Positions 1 to 12,321 of a DNA stretch of 60,547 bases are shown here, piece after piece (positions within the stretch are counted from its first letter, which is position 1; every line of letters starts with the position of its first letter). The notes under the pieces are model-generated. The model worked only from the letters and a program-made list of their open reading frames with translations, was not told the origin of the DNA and did not search any database. The stretch comes from Nemertoderma westbladi (Eukaryota > Animalia > Xenacoelomorpha). The position numbers were made by a program, and so were the translations under genes. The stretch lies in contig JAUCBJ010007647.1 of NCBI GenBank assembly GCA_032718475.1, positions 1 through 60,547 on the forward strand, in the 5' to 3' direction.

Positions 1-2
1 CA

Positions 3-3000
3 AAGTCAGATCAGTTTTCCTTCCGCAAGTTGATCCCGCGAGACAAACGTGTTACTTTCACAACTGTCCAATCAGATTCCGCATCTGAAAGTCTTAGTGC
101 AAGTGATTCAAGTTTATCTGCGAACAACTTCGACCGGGTGGTAACAGCAGTGACTCGACAGGTCAACAAGACGCTGGACAATAAACTGAAGTATGAGAAC
201 TCTGGACACAAGAAGATTATAAAACAAAGATTGTGTCCAATGTGTAATAATGGACATGTGACAATGTTAAAGTGTAAGGCCTATACTTCTTTACCTTTGG
301 AGACAAGGCGAAATCTGGCAAGATCTTTAAATTTTTGTTATAAGTGCTTGTCTTATCAGCATGTTGTAAAGCAATGCCAAAGTGTCAAAGCATGTTCAAA
401 ATGTGACAAGCAGCACCATGAGACTTTACATAAAGATTTTTCATTGATAGAGTTGAAGCAAAATAAGACAAATCAAATATCTCATGACGCAACTGGTACA
501 GTCTTGGCACCACACTCTACCTCTTCTGCTTCCAAGACGAACAAAATTGCTCAAAAGAAGAAGACAGTTAAAGTAGTCTCTATGGAAAATGAATCAGAAC
601 ATACAGATACATCTGTGGAGAGTGAAGAAGATATACATTCATCATCTTGGCTAGAATCCGAAACAGATGCAACCTTTAAGATATCAACACACACCACAGC
701 TAACAGCTATATGAAGTCTTTTAGGGTCATTCCCCTTAAGGTTATCGGCAATAAAGCATCTGAAGTACTGTATGCCGTGTTAGACAATGCGAGCACAACT
801 AGTTATATCGATATAGAAGTTGCGAAGAAGTTGGGTTCAGTTGGAAAGATCCGTCAACATACGATATCAATGTTAAATGGTGAACAAGAAGTAGATGTTG
901 GCATTTTCAATTGCGAACTTGATGCTCCTTCACCAGAGTTATCAGGAGAACCTGAGTCATTACCAGTGACTTCTATACAGTTGAAGGCTATCAATGGTTT
1001 AGCGGACTCATTCGAACACCCTATGCCATGGAATACCAAAGAAGAGGAATACTTTGTAAGAACACTCGGAGTACCAAGAGTAGAAGTTCATGGAAACCAA
1101 CAAATTTCGGTTTTACTGGGACTAGATATATTTGAGGCACATCATATCTTTGCATATAAACCTGAGAAACCAAAAATGCTCCAGATGTGTGCAGTCCAAA
1201 CAGTTTTTGGTTGGTATCGCAGGGCCCCAATGAGATCGGTTTATAACCGATTGATTCGAACTTTAGATAATGCCACATTCGATCAGCTGCAAGAGAAAGA
1301 AAACCCAGAGATTGATTTTGTCACAGAATGTACTAACACAGTTGTTGACTTTGATACGTGTGTTGATATATATGAGAGAGTAAACAATTCTCTCATGACT
1401 ACAAATCTTCAAGACATATATAATGACCCTCAACTTTGGTTGAAACTTGATCCGATTATACAAGATCATCTCTGTCAGATAGCTTGTCAAGACAAGGCGA
1501 TGTATGAAATGGTTAATAAATATTTCATTAAAGATACACCTGAATCTGGATCATGGAACAGCACTCCTGGTGTTGAAGAAAAACGAGCTAAGGAAATCCT
1601 CGAGACGACCACAAAAAGACTTCCAAATGGGCATTATCAAACTGGGATGTTGTGGAAAAATGATACCCCCAGATTACCGAATAATAGAACTGTTGCTTAC
1701 AGACAAGCGATGGCACAAAGGAAGAAACTCCTAAAGAATGAGGTTCTCCATCGTCACTACTGCACACAAATTGATGATTACAGAGAGAAGGGTTATCTCG
1801 TACCGATTGATAATCCCAAGGAATCAACGGATCGAACAAATTACCTTCCTCATCACTCTGTTACTCACCCGGACAAGCCCGGGAAGGTACGGGTAGTTAA
1901 CAACGCATCCTCCAAATTCAAAGGTAAATCTTTGAATGATGAGCTCTTAAGTGGACCAAATGTCATCAATTCCCTATTAGGGATCATTCTTCGGTTTCGA
2001 GAACATCGTTTCGCATGGAACTGCGACATTGAAGCGATGTTCCATCAAGTGTTTGTCCCCCCACAAGATCGGGAAGCATTACGTTTTCTTTGGTGGCCAG
2101 ATTCCGAGATGAGAGGCGAGCCAATAGAATATAATTTTACCGTCCATGTGTTTGGTAAACTGGATTCACCATGCGTGGCAATCAATGCTGTCAATCAAAC
2201 TGGCAGAGATTTCAGTCACGATTATATCAAGGAAGTCTTGATTACCATCCTTCGGGATTTCTATGTGGACGATTGTCTGCGAAGTGGTGATTATCTCGAC
2301 ACAGAGAAGACAATTTCCACCCAACTAATCGATTGCCTTTCGAAAGGAGGTTTTAATCTAAATAAGTTCTGTAGTAATTCGAAAGAGCTCCTACAATCAA
2401 TACCACGAGAGTTACGCGTCGCACCAGACAACGAGTTCATTAGAGAACTGATTCCAGAATCTAAGTCATTAGGTTTGGGCTGGAATCCCAATGATGATAT
2501 CCTCTATGTGAGGTGGAAGCCCTGGAAGACTCCACAGAGATGGACCAAGCGGCTGGTCTTAAGTCTATTGGCATCATTTTATGATCCTGTGGGATTTATC
2601 AGCCCAGTAATCTTATTGGCTAGATTAGTGTTTCAACAGTTATGGAAACTTCATTACGATTGGGATGATGCGATAACTGATGTGGATATTCTAAACCAAT
2701 GGCAATTATGGTTAGATCAAATCGTCTCAGTTAAAGAAATGAAGATTCCTCGATGGTATTTCTCATTAGTTGCAGAGAGTTCAAAATACCAACTTCATGC
2801 ATTTAGTGATGCAAGTGAGAAAGCGATTGGAGTGACAATATATTTACGACGACAAACTCCAAATGGTGATGTTGAAGTAGCATTTGTTATGTCAAAGTCT
2901 AAAGTTATTGCGAGCAAGTCTTACATCTCAATGCCTCGAGCAGAACTCTTAGCTGCTACAGTCTCTTCGAAGATAACTATCGAAGTTCAAGAGATGCTAA

Positions 3001-5000
3001 CATACAAACCTCAACTATTCTTTTGGACTGACGCCAGATTGGTGTTAGTTTACCTAAACACTAAACAGAATCTCAAAACATACGTCGCAAACAGGTGCGC
3101 ACAGATCCTGGATCGATCGAAGAGTGAACAATGGTTTTGGTGCCCTGGTAACGAAAATCCCGCCGATGTGGCTTCAAGAGGTTGTGGAGTTCAGAAATTA
3201 CAAGAAAATGAATTATGGTTTGCTGGACCGAGTTTTCTACGAAAATCTCAGGAAAACTGGCCACAGCAGCCGAAATTTTCAATGAAAGATGAGCAACAAC
3301 TAGAATTGAAGGTCCCAAAGGTGAAAGAAATCAAGGGATTGGCCAACCAAAGTAATTACAAGAGAGAAGTATTTCATCACGAAGGATCCATGGGAGTAGT
3401 AACTCTCCTTACGGTGTCTTTAACTCGGTCAATCGAGAATAAAATATTTGAATGGCTTCAAAGTATTAACACCTGGTCTCGAGCGGTCCGTATACTCGCA
3501 TATTGTAAGAAAGTTGCTCAGAATTGGTTAAAGAAGATACGTAAACCTCCAGAGCTACGCCAATCAAGAAGATTACAGAAACTAGACCCACAAACAATCC
3601 CAACAACAAAAATCTGGATTTTGTCAAGAGAAGCTTACCATTCTGCAGAGAATTGCTTATTGCAGTGGTACCAGCAACATGAGCATCCAGAAGAATATAA
3701 CGCGATTCAGAATGGTGTAGACCTTCCACCGAAGTCTTCATTAAATCGATATGTCATAATCATGGAAGATCAACTTCTAAAAATTCATTCAAGACTACAA
3801 CGAAGTGACTCATCGCATGATTTCAAGAATCCCATTTTAATTCCTATTGGGCGAATTCAAGAACAGATGGTCCTCGACCAGCACATTAAGAATTTACATG
3901 CTGGACGTGCGTTAATTTCAACAAACCTCCTCAGAAGATTTTGGCTCCATAAACCCAGCGCAGCATTTAATCGCATTCTTCGAAATTGTGTGAAATGTCG
4001 TTTATGGAATGCTCCTTTATTAAAACAACAGATGGGTCAATTACCAGAAGATAGATTGAAAGCGCATGAAACACCTTTCACTCGAGTTGGTTTGGATCTT
4101 TGGGGGCCCTATAACGTTAAGCAGCACCGCACATCAGTGAAACGTTGGGGCTTGATATTTACTTGTTTAGCAACACGAGCAGTACATTTGGAACGAGTTA
4201 CTCACTCCAACACACCATCATTCATTCTCGCCCTTCGCCGTTTTACATCACGGCGTGGTGAAGTCAAGGACATATACTGCGATTCAGCACCTAATTTCCA
4301 TGGTGCCTGCAATGAGATCGGGAGATGGTGCAACAGTTGGAATCAGCAACAGATAGCAGATGATCTAAAACAACAGCAGATTATTTGGCATTTCAATACC
4401 CCAACCGCGAAATGGCGTGGGGGTATTTGGGAGCGAGAAATTGGCACAATTAAACACTCGTTGACTAAGATCATTCCAAACACCGATAAACTCACTGACG
4501 ATCAGTTTAATACTGCGCTGATTGAGATTGAAGGGATATTGAATTCTCGTCCATTGGTCGTATTTACTAACGACGTAAACAACCCGCAAGCCATTACACC
4601 GGCACATGTACTAAATACCCAACCTTTCATCCCTGTTCCCCGTGAGATTGAGAATAATGAGTCTACTCTTAACTCTACTGTTTCATGGAAGAAGACCCAA
4701 TATGTGGCTGATAAGTTTTGGGATAACTGGTCAAAGCATTACCTTGACAAATTATCCTTAGGCCAAAAGTGGAATAAAGCACATCGTAATGTGCAAGTAG
4801 GAGACTATGTTCTTCTACAACGTGAAAATATACCGAGACGGCATTGGGTTCCTGCGGTAGTCCTATCAGTCAAAAGTGATGATCACGGTCTTGTGAGAAC
4901 CGTTGAACTCAAAACGATTACCGGAAGTGTTTATGAAAGACCTGTACAACGATTAGCAATTTTAGAGTCAACCGCTATAAAGTCTGTAGAGGATGATTGA
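3..5000 (+). CDS. BEL/Pao Gag-Pol polyprotein, 5'-partial: Zn knuckles, aspartic protease, RT, RNase H, integrase
   Basis: CPMCNNGH/CYKCLSYQH/CSKCDKQHH knuckles; LDNAS protease; YLPHH, DIEAMFHQV and FYVDD RT motifs; LHAFSDAS, PRAELLAA and ENPADVASRG; integrase GLDLWGP, TCLATRAVHLE and GGIWER. The frame is open from base 3 with no stops. Confidence 0.95.
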   Translation, partial: KSDQFSFRKLIPRDKRVTFTTVQSDSASESLSASDSSLSANNFDRVVTAVTRQVNKTLDNKLKYENSGHKKIIKQRLCPMCNNGHVTMLKCKAYTSLPLETRRNLARSLNFCYKCLSYQHVVKQCQSVKACSKCDKQHHETLHKDFSLIELKQNKTNQISHDATGTVLAPHSTSSASKTNKIAQKKKTVKVVSMENESEHTDTSVESEEDIHSSSWLESETDATFKISTHTTANSYMKSFRVIPLKVIGNKASEVLYAVLDNASTTSYIDIEVAKKLGSVGKIRQHTISMLNGEQEVDVGIFNCELDAPSPELSGEPESLPVTSIQLKAINGLADSFEHPMPWNTKEEEYFVRTLGVPRVEVHGNQQISVLLGLDIFEAHHIFAYKPEKPKMLQMCAVQTVFGWYRRAPMRSVYNRLIRTLDNATFDQLQEKENPEIDFVTECTNTVVDFDTCVDIYERVNNSLMTTNLQDIYNDPQLWLKLDPIIQDHLCQIACQDKAMYEMVNKYFIKDTPESGSWNSTPGVEEKRAKEILETTTKRLPNGHYQTGMLWKNDTPRLPNNRTVAYRQAMAQRKKLLKNEVLHRHYCTQIDDYREKGYLVPIDNPKESTDRTNYLPHHSVTHPDKPGKVRVVNNASSKFKGKSLNDELLSGPNVINSLLGIILRFREHRFAWNCDIEAMFHQVFVPPQDREALRFLWWPDSEMRGEPIEYNFTVHVFGKLDSPCVAINAVNQTGRDFSHDYIKEVLITILRDFYVDDCLRSGDYLDTEKTISTQLIDCLSKGGFNLNKFCSNSKELLQSIPRELRVAPDNEFIRELIPESKSLGLGWNPNDDILYVRWKPWKTPQRWTKRLVLSLLASFYDPVGFISPVILLARLVFQQLWKLHYDWDDAITDVDILNQWQLWLDQIVSVKEMKIPRWYFSLVAESSKYQLHAFSDASEKAIGVTIYLRRQTPNGDVEVAFVMSKSKVIASKSYISMPRAELLAATVSSKITIEVQEMLTYKPQLFFWTDARLVLVYLNTKQNLKTYVANRCAQILDRSKSEQWFWCPGNENPADVASRGCGVQKLQENELWFAGPSFLRKSQENWPQQPKFSMKDEQQLELKVPKVKEIKGLANQSNYKREVFHHEGSMGVVTLLTVSLTRSIENKIFEWLQSINTWSRAVRILAYCKKVAQNWLKKIRKPPELRQSRRLQKLDPQTIPTTKIWILSREAYHSAENCLLQWYQQHEHPEEYNAIQNGVDLPPKSSLNRYVIIMEDQLLKIHSRLQRSDSSHDFKNPILIPIGRIQEQMVLDQHIKNLHAGRALISTNLLRRFWLHKPSAAFNRILRNCVKCRLWNAPLLKQQMGQLPEDRLKAHETPFTRVGLDLWGPYNVKQHRTSVKRWGLIFTCLATRAVHLERVTHSNTPSFILALRRFTSRRGEVKDIYCDSAPNFHGACNEIGRWCNSWNQQQIADDLKQQQIIWHFNTPTAKWRGGIWEREIGTIKHSLTKIIPNTDKLTDDQFNTALIEIEGILNSRPLVVFTNDVNNPQAITPAHVLNTQPFIPVPREIENNESTLNSTVSWKKTQYVADKFWDNWSKHYLDKLSLGQKWNKAHRNVQVGDYVLLQRENIPRRHWVPAVVLSVKSDDHGLVRTVELKTITGSVYERPVQRLAILESTAIKSVEDD

Positions 5001-5191
5001 AACTTTGAAATTCCCCTATTGTTTTTAAAATATACTGGATATATTTTAGGGAGTAGCGGTTAGGGAATTTGTTTGGAATATTCTAGAATATAAAATAAAT
5101 TTATTTGATCTGGATATAAGATCATAGATTATTTCATTATCCTGGATTATTTTTATCTTTTAGATTGCTTACTTACTTATTGAAAATGTTT

Positions 5192-5364
5192 GTTAATTTA
5201 AGTAAGAATGTATGTTAAATAAAAGAGTGTGTAATGGTGTACAAGTGTATGTATGTACGATGCTTGTTTTTCGTTAATTCGTTAATTTAAGTAAGAATGT
5301 ATGTTAAATAAAGGAGTGTGTAATGGTGTACAAGTGTATGTATGTACGATGCTTGTTTTTTCGT
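5192..5364. repeat. Two-copy ~89 bp tandem duplication in BEL 3' UTR
   Basis: gttaatttaagtaagaatgtatg...tgcttgtttt starts at 5192 and again at 5281. Confidence 0.85.
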
Positions 5365-6708
5365 AGTTGTTTCTTTGTGCGAGGTGGCAGTTAAATAATT
5401 AAAATTCTAGGGTCGCTTTGTGGCGTAGCAGGAGCTTCTACTCTGGTGGCGGCAGTTGCTGTTTAGATGGGACAGCACACTTTATAGGTATCAAACGAAA
5501 TCCTCAAGGGTGCGACTCCTTGGAGAGTCTTAAGCGTTATTTTCGAATGTCTTTACTTCAAACTGTCAGATGTCACTGTTATGTTATTTCGAATTACCAG
5601 TACCCGTTAATGTTATCTATGGTTCTTCGAAGTAGATCCATCTATCACCGGTTGTCTTGGTCTAGTCATGTAGGACTTCAAACAATCCACCGATGACACC
5701 CCGTAAAGTCGAACTTCGACTACGAACTGGCACTATGATAATTATCTTACTTTTGGTGGTGAAGATGTTTTCGTTTTGCAGAAATATGAATTGATTAGGT
5801 ATTATGAGTGTTGTCCCGCTCGCGTTGCTTAAAAGTTAAATTTACACTGCCGATCAGTATTCGATGATGTTTCGAGAAGGAACAATGTCTACGATCAATT
5901 TGAGTGGACGACCCACCCCGATTCTGTGTAGTTTCCCCTACTGAATGTTGAGAAACAAGTTGACTGCCTGATGTTCATGAGAACAAGAAGTTCTTTTCGG
6001 CAATTCGACGGACCTCCTTCTTATGTCTCGCTGTCTCGCATGATGTTTACTCGATGACGATGAGGTTTATTCACTGGGTTCTCCTGACAGCCTAAACAAC
6101 GATCAACGAGAATAGGAAAGCACTTCGTCTGAAGAACCAGCCCGGCTGTCTGGAGGAATCTGATACCAATCACTCTATCATATCGTTGGTCGATTCGGAT
6201 TCGGTTGTTAGGACGGTTAAGGTCAGAAGGTTGTATTTGGACTATGATCATTGAAATTATAAAACGCTTATATAATCTCGCTCAAAATCTCGCTGATTTG
6301 ATTTATCAATATCGTTTCAAATTATTCTAATACCCGCCAATAAATTAACATAGCTTTAATAGTTTGTTAATAAATTTAATTAAATATGTGCCTTAATTGA
6401 AATGTATGTATTTATGCCGGAATATTTTTGTATTCATTCTTTTTATATTGTTTGTGCTCTGTAAGATATAATGCTTGCTGTAAGTACAAGTTTGTATATT
6501 TTTTCTGTAGACTTAATTAAGATTAAGATTAAGATAATATTTTATAGATTAAAGATTTTGTAGATTAAGATAATATTTTATTTTCCACTTATAAAGTATT
6601 GCATGGTAAATAAATTTATTATTCTATTTTTATGTTGTATAATTAAGTAACCTTAGTAGCGCGTAGATCCTTTTTTGGGTTTGAAAAATCTTGATTTTTC
6701 GGGAGTAG

Positions 6709-7722
6709 TGTAAGATTCTACGCGCACCTTGTAAAATAAGTCTTTATTTCAAATCAAATTTATAGGTTGTAAAGTTATAATTGTGACTGTCCAGTCGCAT
6801 TTGTATTATTATCATAGTGTTCATTATTGGTTATCGTTTCCCTTCGGAGCTTTGCTCACGCCAAGGGATATGCTCTAATTATAATTAGGTAGAGAATTCT
6901 TGTTACTCTATACAAACAGCTGTTTATATGAAGCTTAGCTAATGGTACTATTGGGAATGTCTAATCTGTGATTGGCTACTCTCAAAATCAATTACAGCTC
7001 TGTTTTGCTATGTATTATTGATTAGCTTTTAGAGTTGAGTAAAAATAATATTCATTGTTTGTTTTTTGCTAGTAATATTAACGACTATCTAATATCGTTA
7101 ATAATATATTTAATATTTCGTTATTCTTTATCCTTTTATTTGATTCATTTGTATATTTGGTATCCGGCTATATTTTCCAGAGAATACGGGACAAGTTACC
7201 GTATTTTAGCGCCACTCTTACGGCAATTATAATGAGATTTGGTTTAGTTATTTTCTTATAAACTTGTTATGAGAAGCATGGTCGCCCTTAGTCACTAAAG
7301 GGCGAGGTCTTGGGTCACCGGAGTTTCTCTCGGAATGACGTGGAGGACGCAATAAGGACGAACGCCTGGCGGGAAATCACCTGGTATCTATGAAGACCGC
7401 AGCCTGTTTATTCAGCGACGGCTGTCACTTCGATCCCTACTCGGTTTCGTGTGGATCTTCCTGTTCGCCCCAAGGCTATAGTATATTAATTAGTATTAGT
7501 GATTTCACCCTTGATATGTCATGGTCAGTATAAATATAAATCCGATCTGTTATTTATTCGTTTGTCACGATAATGGGCCTAAATATTGCCAATGCTTTAG
7601 CCTTTTAGATAAGGTATAAATACGTTAATTCTCCCTAATTATAGTCCGGATTATTTTAAACAAGTTAGAAAATCACACACTAACTACATAAACGAAATGC
7701 GATATTAGTTCCGCATTTTACA
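6709..7722 (+). repeat. Candidate 3' LTR of the BEL element (~1.0 kb)
   Basis: Starts TGTAAGA immediately after the PPT. Ends TTTTACA exactly where the opposite-strand ORF is cut. No 5' LTR in the window to confirm. Confidence 0.65.
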
Positions 7723-8986
7723 CTAATTTATCGCGCTCTAGCGCGATACTTTGCTGCACTTCTTGCAACTCTAGCCTACTTTCCCTTACTGTGCCCTTGA
7801 ACTGCTGGACAGTCTCCTGCATCTGTCCGAGCAGGATATCCATCCCCCGCCGTCTCTCGTCCACCCATTCGACCGCCGAAGCGGGAGTCGCCAACGTTGT
7901 AGCGGGCGGACGAGGGACAACGGGCGACAAATTTGGAATATTTCGCTCGGGGTCCAGGACCTGAACTGTCTCTTGGGCAGTTCTACGGGGCACAGGTAGC
8001 TTAGTGCTATGCAGAGGGAATTTAGAAGTAGTTTCAGGGAGCACAGGTGTATCTATCACCGAAGGGGTGATTTCAAGAACAGGCCTAATTATTTCAGGCT
8101 CATCTACTATAGTAGGGAGTCTTTCTATTTTAATTATTTGGTCTGTGGGCTCTGTACTACCTAAGTTGGTGTTATTTAGTTGCCTTCTAACAGCTGGAGG
8201 CAAATCAGGCAATTTCTGACGGTGGAATGATCTTTTACGTCTGCTTAGACGAGATCTATTTCCTTTGCCTTCAGTATCGGTGGTATCGCCTTCTTCAGAT
8301 GATGTATACCCCTGTCTTTTGGGAGTAGATCGCCTCATCATCTGCATATTACTAGCTGTTAACTGTTTATTGAAGTTGTCTTGCCTCTCTTGAAGATTTT
8401 CTAACTCTAGTTGGGTTGCCTCTTCAGATGCCCTCCGTTCTGCTTCTGCCACTGCCTCTGCTGTTTTTCTTTCGGCTTCTGCCGCTGCCACTGCTGCTGC
8501 CGCTTTCCTTTCCGCTTCGGCCTCTGCCACTGCCACTGCTGCTGCCGCTGCCGCTGCCTTTCTATCCGCTTCTGCCTCTGCCACTGCTGCCTTTCTTTCC
8601 GCTTCTGCCTCTGCCACTGCTGCTGCTGCCTTTCTTTCCGCTTCTGCCTCTGCCACTGCTGCTGCCACTGCCGCTGCCTTTCTATCTTCTATACGTTTTT
8701 TCTTTACTTGTTCTTCTTGGTCTCTAGCGATGCGGAGTTGTTCATCGAATTTAGCTTGGTTCGCCGCTAACCTATCCACATCAATTGCATCCAACACACG
8801 CTGGGCTCCTTCGCTATTAGGGCTAAGTCCCTCTAGCCTTCTCCGCAACTCTTCATCACCTACGAAACGCTGATAGTCTGACAGATAGATGTCAATGGCA
8901 TCCCTCTTATGCGGTTTCTCTGCTGTCACTTCGCTCTCGGTTGTATCTAGTAGACTGTCTGACAGGTTCTGCTTTGCGTCAGACAT
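7718..8986 (-). pseudogene. 422-aa coiled-coil/low-complexity ORF, probably the N-terminal (Gag-like) part of a second retroelement, truncated by the BEL LTR
   Basis: Open frame with (AAAAVAEAEAERK)-type repeats at ~8445-8690. The stop codon comes from the LTR terminus. Preceded by a long non-coding leader with internal duplications. No diagnostic domain is visible. Confidence 0.5.
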
Positions 8987-10378
8987 GCTTATGTGTACAG
9001 TTGAATGTCTACTGCTGTATTACAGTCTGAGCAAGTCTAGTAACTCAGTATTAACTGCTAGCCTAGTAATTAATTACCGGTACTGCTACTCAGTGTAGCG
9101 TGATATATAATATATTAGAATACCGGTATGCTTATAGTATATATAACTATTATTACAGACTAGGTTTATCACAGAATACCGGTATAATTTTAGCACAAAT
9201 ATATATAAATATATAATAGGCCTATCGGAATACCGGTATACAGCTTACTGTTTGTAGTATATATAATTCTAGAATAGAATTAATTACAAGTACCGGTATA
9301 ATTTCAGCCTAGATTTATAGAAATAAGATAATAGGCCTATCGTAAATACCGGTATATCAATTATTTTAGAATAATTGAATTTCTGTATTTTAGGGTTACT
9401 TGGTTACTTACTTACTTTATTACCGTTATTTGAGCAGTAGTCCAACTGATATTGAGACCTAATTGTTATATGGTAGGCCTACTATTTATAAATCGTCAGA
9501 TTTGATTTATAATATATATACCCGTCTTAATGGGTTTTGTCAATGTTTGAAATAAATGTTATTATTTCTGGGGTAATCACTACACAAAGCGGTGCGCTTT
9601 TAGTGAAGTGTTACGTATAGGACACTAAAACAAATAATTCTAATTTACCTAAGTTACTTAATACTACAAATTACGTACAATTCGGGTGAGATTACAATCT
9701 CTAAATAAATGCAAAAATTTACAAAAAACACAAATACGAATTTTTAGGGTATTTTTACAAGAAGTCTACAAACCAGCCTAACAAAGGGTTAGAAAACCGG
9801 TTATTACAACGGACAGGGTACTACGGTATTTGAAATAATAAGTAGTAGTAAATACACTGCGTTGTCTAGATAGGAAAATACCACCGCCTGACGACCTATA
9901 GCCGTATCGCTATAGGTTCTACGTTATGTATCACGGAGTGTTCCTACCTAGAAGTTAATAGAGCTAATCGAATGTGCCTATCAACCACTTTACAACACAA
10001 ATATAATGTCTACAATAATTACTTCGGAAAGTACTGTACACTAAACCCTAAATTAGGTACGAGTACTTGTACAACAAATAATCAGTAGTTAAATATACTT
10101 GAACAGCTAAAAGAACCACGGCATCTGCTGGAGTGACCGATGCACAAAATCACCAGTCTTTACCTACGCCGAGCAGCCCGTGTAGTACCGGGGTTAATTT
10201 AACTATAGCGGTATGTATAACAAACACAATTACTGTAGGAACAAACTTGGGGAATGAATGTTGCGGATAATCGCATAAACTCTGAATAATAAATATTACG
10301 CTACGCGTACAAACTACTCAAACAAAATACAGACCGAACACTGACAGACTACTATCAAGCCTAAACAAACTACGGTAT

Positions 10379-10802
10379 ATGCAGACTCCGAAATGATTAG
10401 GGAGTATGCGCTCTAACCCAGTAGTGCGACTTATTCTTTAGTTGGGGGATTACCTTACAGCGTTCGCTGCCCCTACTGCCTAATCGTACTTAATCGGACA
10501 GATGATCTACACACGCGGCAATCCGTTCAGACCTAATAACAGCCAGACAACTATCCAGCCTACAAATTATCTAAATAAAATTATACGCTACCCGTACAGA
10601 CTTACACAAACAAAGTACAGACTAAACGATGGCAGACCACTCTCAAGCCTAAATAAACCACAGGACATGCAGACTCCGAAATGATTAGGGAGTATGCGCT
10701 CTAACCCAGTAGTGCGACTTATTCTTTAGTTGGGGGATTACCTTACAGCGTTCGCTGCCCCTACTGCCTAATCGTACTTAATCGGACAGGTGATCTACAC
10801 AC
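10379..10802 (-). repeat. Direct duplication (288 bp period) with a 136-nt near-identical, self-complementary core
   Basis: 10379-10514 vs 10667-10802 differ at one base; the adjacent duplicated sequence is clearly more diverged. Confidence 0.9.
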
Positions 10803-11196
10803 ACTGCAACTCGTTCGGACTTAACAGCAATCAGACAACAGCTCAGCCTACAAATTGTCTGTACAATCTGATCAGGCTTACACGCCTTCTGTTCAATACT
10901 GGCCTACAAATAAATAAAACTTGACAGAAATAAGTAAACCATATAAAGGTATAAGGGGTGATCAATCCCTAATCCCTTAAACAGCCTACCGGTATGCAAC
11001 AATCAAATCGAATAATACTAGTGCACTTATACTGAAGTACCGGTTAGAACAGTTAGGCCTACTGACCTACAGGTGTACCGTTCAGGTTTACCGGTTGACC
11101 GGTACTTTCAACTTTATTGCTTACTGCAACAAAGAAGCTATATCCTTTAATGTTCGCGCTTTCAGACCTTTGGCAGTTTAACCCACCAAATTAAGA

Positions 11197-12321
11197 TGTC
11201 TTCTAGATATTAAATCAGTTTTTAGTCTTTGACAAGTATTTGATTCACTACACTAGTCGAAACCAATCCGTGCGCGACCATTCACCCGCTGGATATTCCC
11301 GGGAGATTGGGTTCGACGGTTTAATTTTATTGCTATGTAAGCCTAATGTATTATTCGACTGACAGTATTATATAATCTCTGACAATATTATTCACCTTCG
11401 GTAATATTAACAGTTCCTTTAGGACGTGGCGCTTTATCTATATAAACAGAGTTATGACTTAAACTACTCACAACGATATGGCTTAATTATAATTCACATA
11501 TATGGCGCATTCTTTAGGAATTGCTTCTTTAACAGACTCACTCATACACAATGCTGCACAATACTGCACACTAATCTGCCAATCTTCACTGATTTTAGTC
11601 ACATATAAAAGGAACACAGACTGACTCATGTAGGGTCTATCAAATAACATTAGATTCACTTCAAACCACTTTAACATAAGTCACAATCGTTTATCTGTAA
11701 CCCTTCTCTCTTACCTTCGGTATATCAAGAATATTGGGTTTCGGGGTTGTTTATCGTTATTCCAAATATAATAATTCATCAACCATATTATGAAGAACTG
11801 ACGGTAAATAGCAGTATAAAACAACAATGAAAACACTGATTGCTATGAGTTTGCAATGTTTCAGCAGTCAGCATGTATGATCAGTCAGCAGTGATTCCAT
11901 GAGTCAGGTAGTCGTTAGGTTAAAGGATATATGCCCTTTATAATTAAACCTACTAGTGTAAGACTAAAAAACAGTAAAGCACAAAATACTTCCAAGCCGT
12001 TCTTTCTTTGGCTCAGGACTGAATGTAAACACTGCACATAGGCATTGCGTCATTTCTCGGAAATTTTCTGTACAAGGAGCCACAAAAACGCTCTAATTGG
12101 CTGACTGAACTGAGAGACGCCGTAGAACAAAGGAAATCAACACGTATGAATGTCAGCTGTTAACCGTAGTCATAGTAACTACTGTTCAAGAGTAGCTATC
12201 ACCCCTTTGCGTCACGAATTGCCATAGAATCATAAAATATGCCTTTCACAGTACACATACGGAGGAAATAGGTCTTAGATCCTCGAAAAACACCGATACA
12301 GCAATAATACGGTCTCTTACA
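11197..12321 (-). repeat. Possible 5' LTR of the minus-strand element (inner boundary uncertain)
   Basis: Minus strand begins TGTAAGAG at 12321, has AATAAA near 11325 and ends ACA at 11197, followed by a TGGTGG PBS-like motif. Alternative end GTCTTACA at 11957. Confidence 0.3.

Larger units (their letters stand above)
1..7722 (+). mobile_element. BEL/Pao LTR retrotransposon (5' end outside window)
   Basis: Single long Gag-Pol ORF with BEL domain order, ~1.7 kb 3' UTR, purine tract GGGAGTAG (6701-6708) followed by a TGTAA...TTACA-bounded candidate LTR. Confidence 0.9.

Noticed and set aside
5410-6251. env-like or antisense accessory gene in the BEL 3' region
   Set aside because: Only short ORFs; the frames read by hand contain many stops and no signal or transmembrane pattern
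8411-8770. Cys-rich metallothionein/keratin-like ORF
   Set aside because: Reverse-strand reading of the Ala/Glu repeat in the 422-aa ORF
11957-12321. Solo LTR bounded by TGTAAGA...TCTTACA
   Set aside because: Flanks (ACTAG / CTTAT) do not form a TSD; kept only as part of a low-confidence LTR candidate
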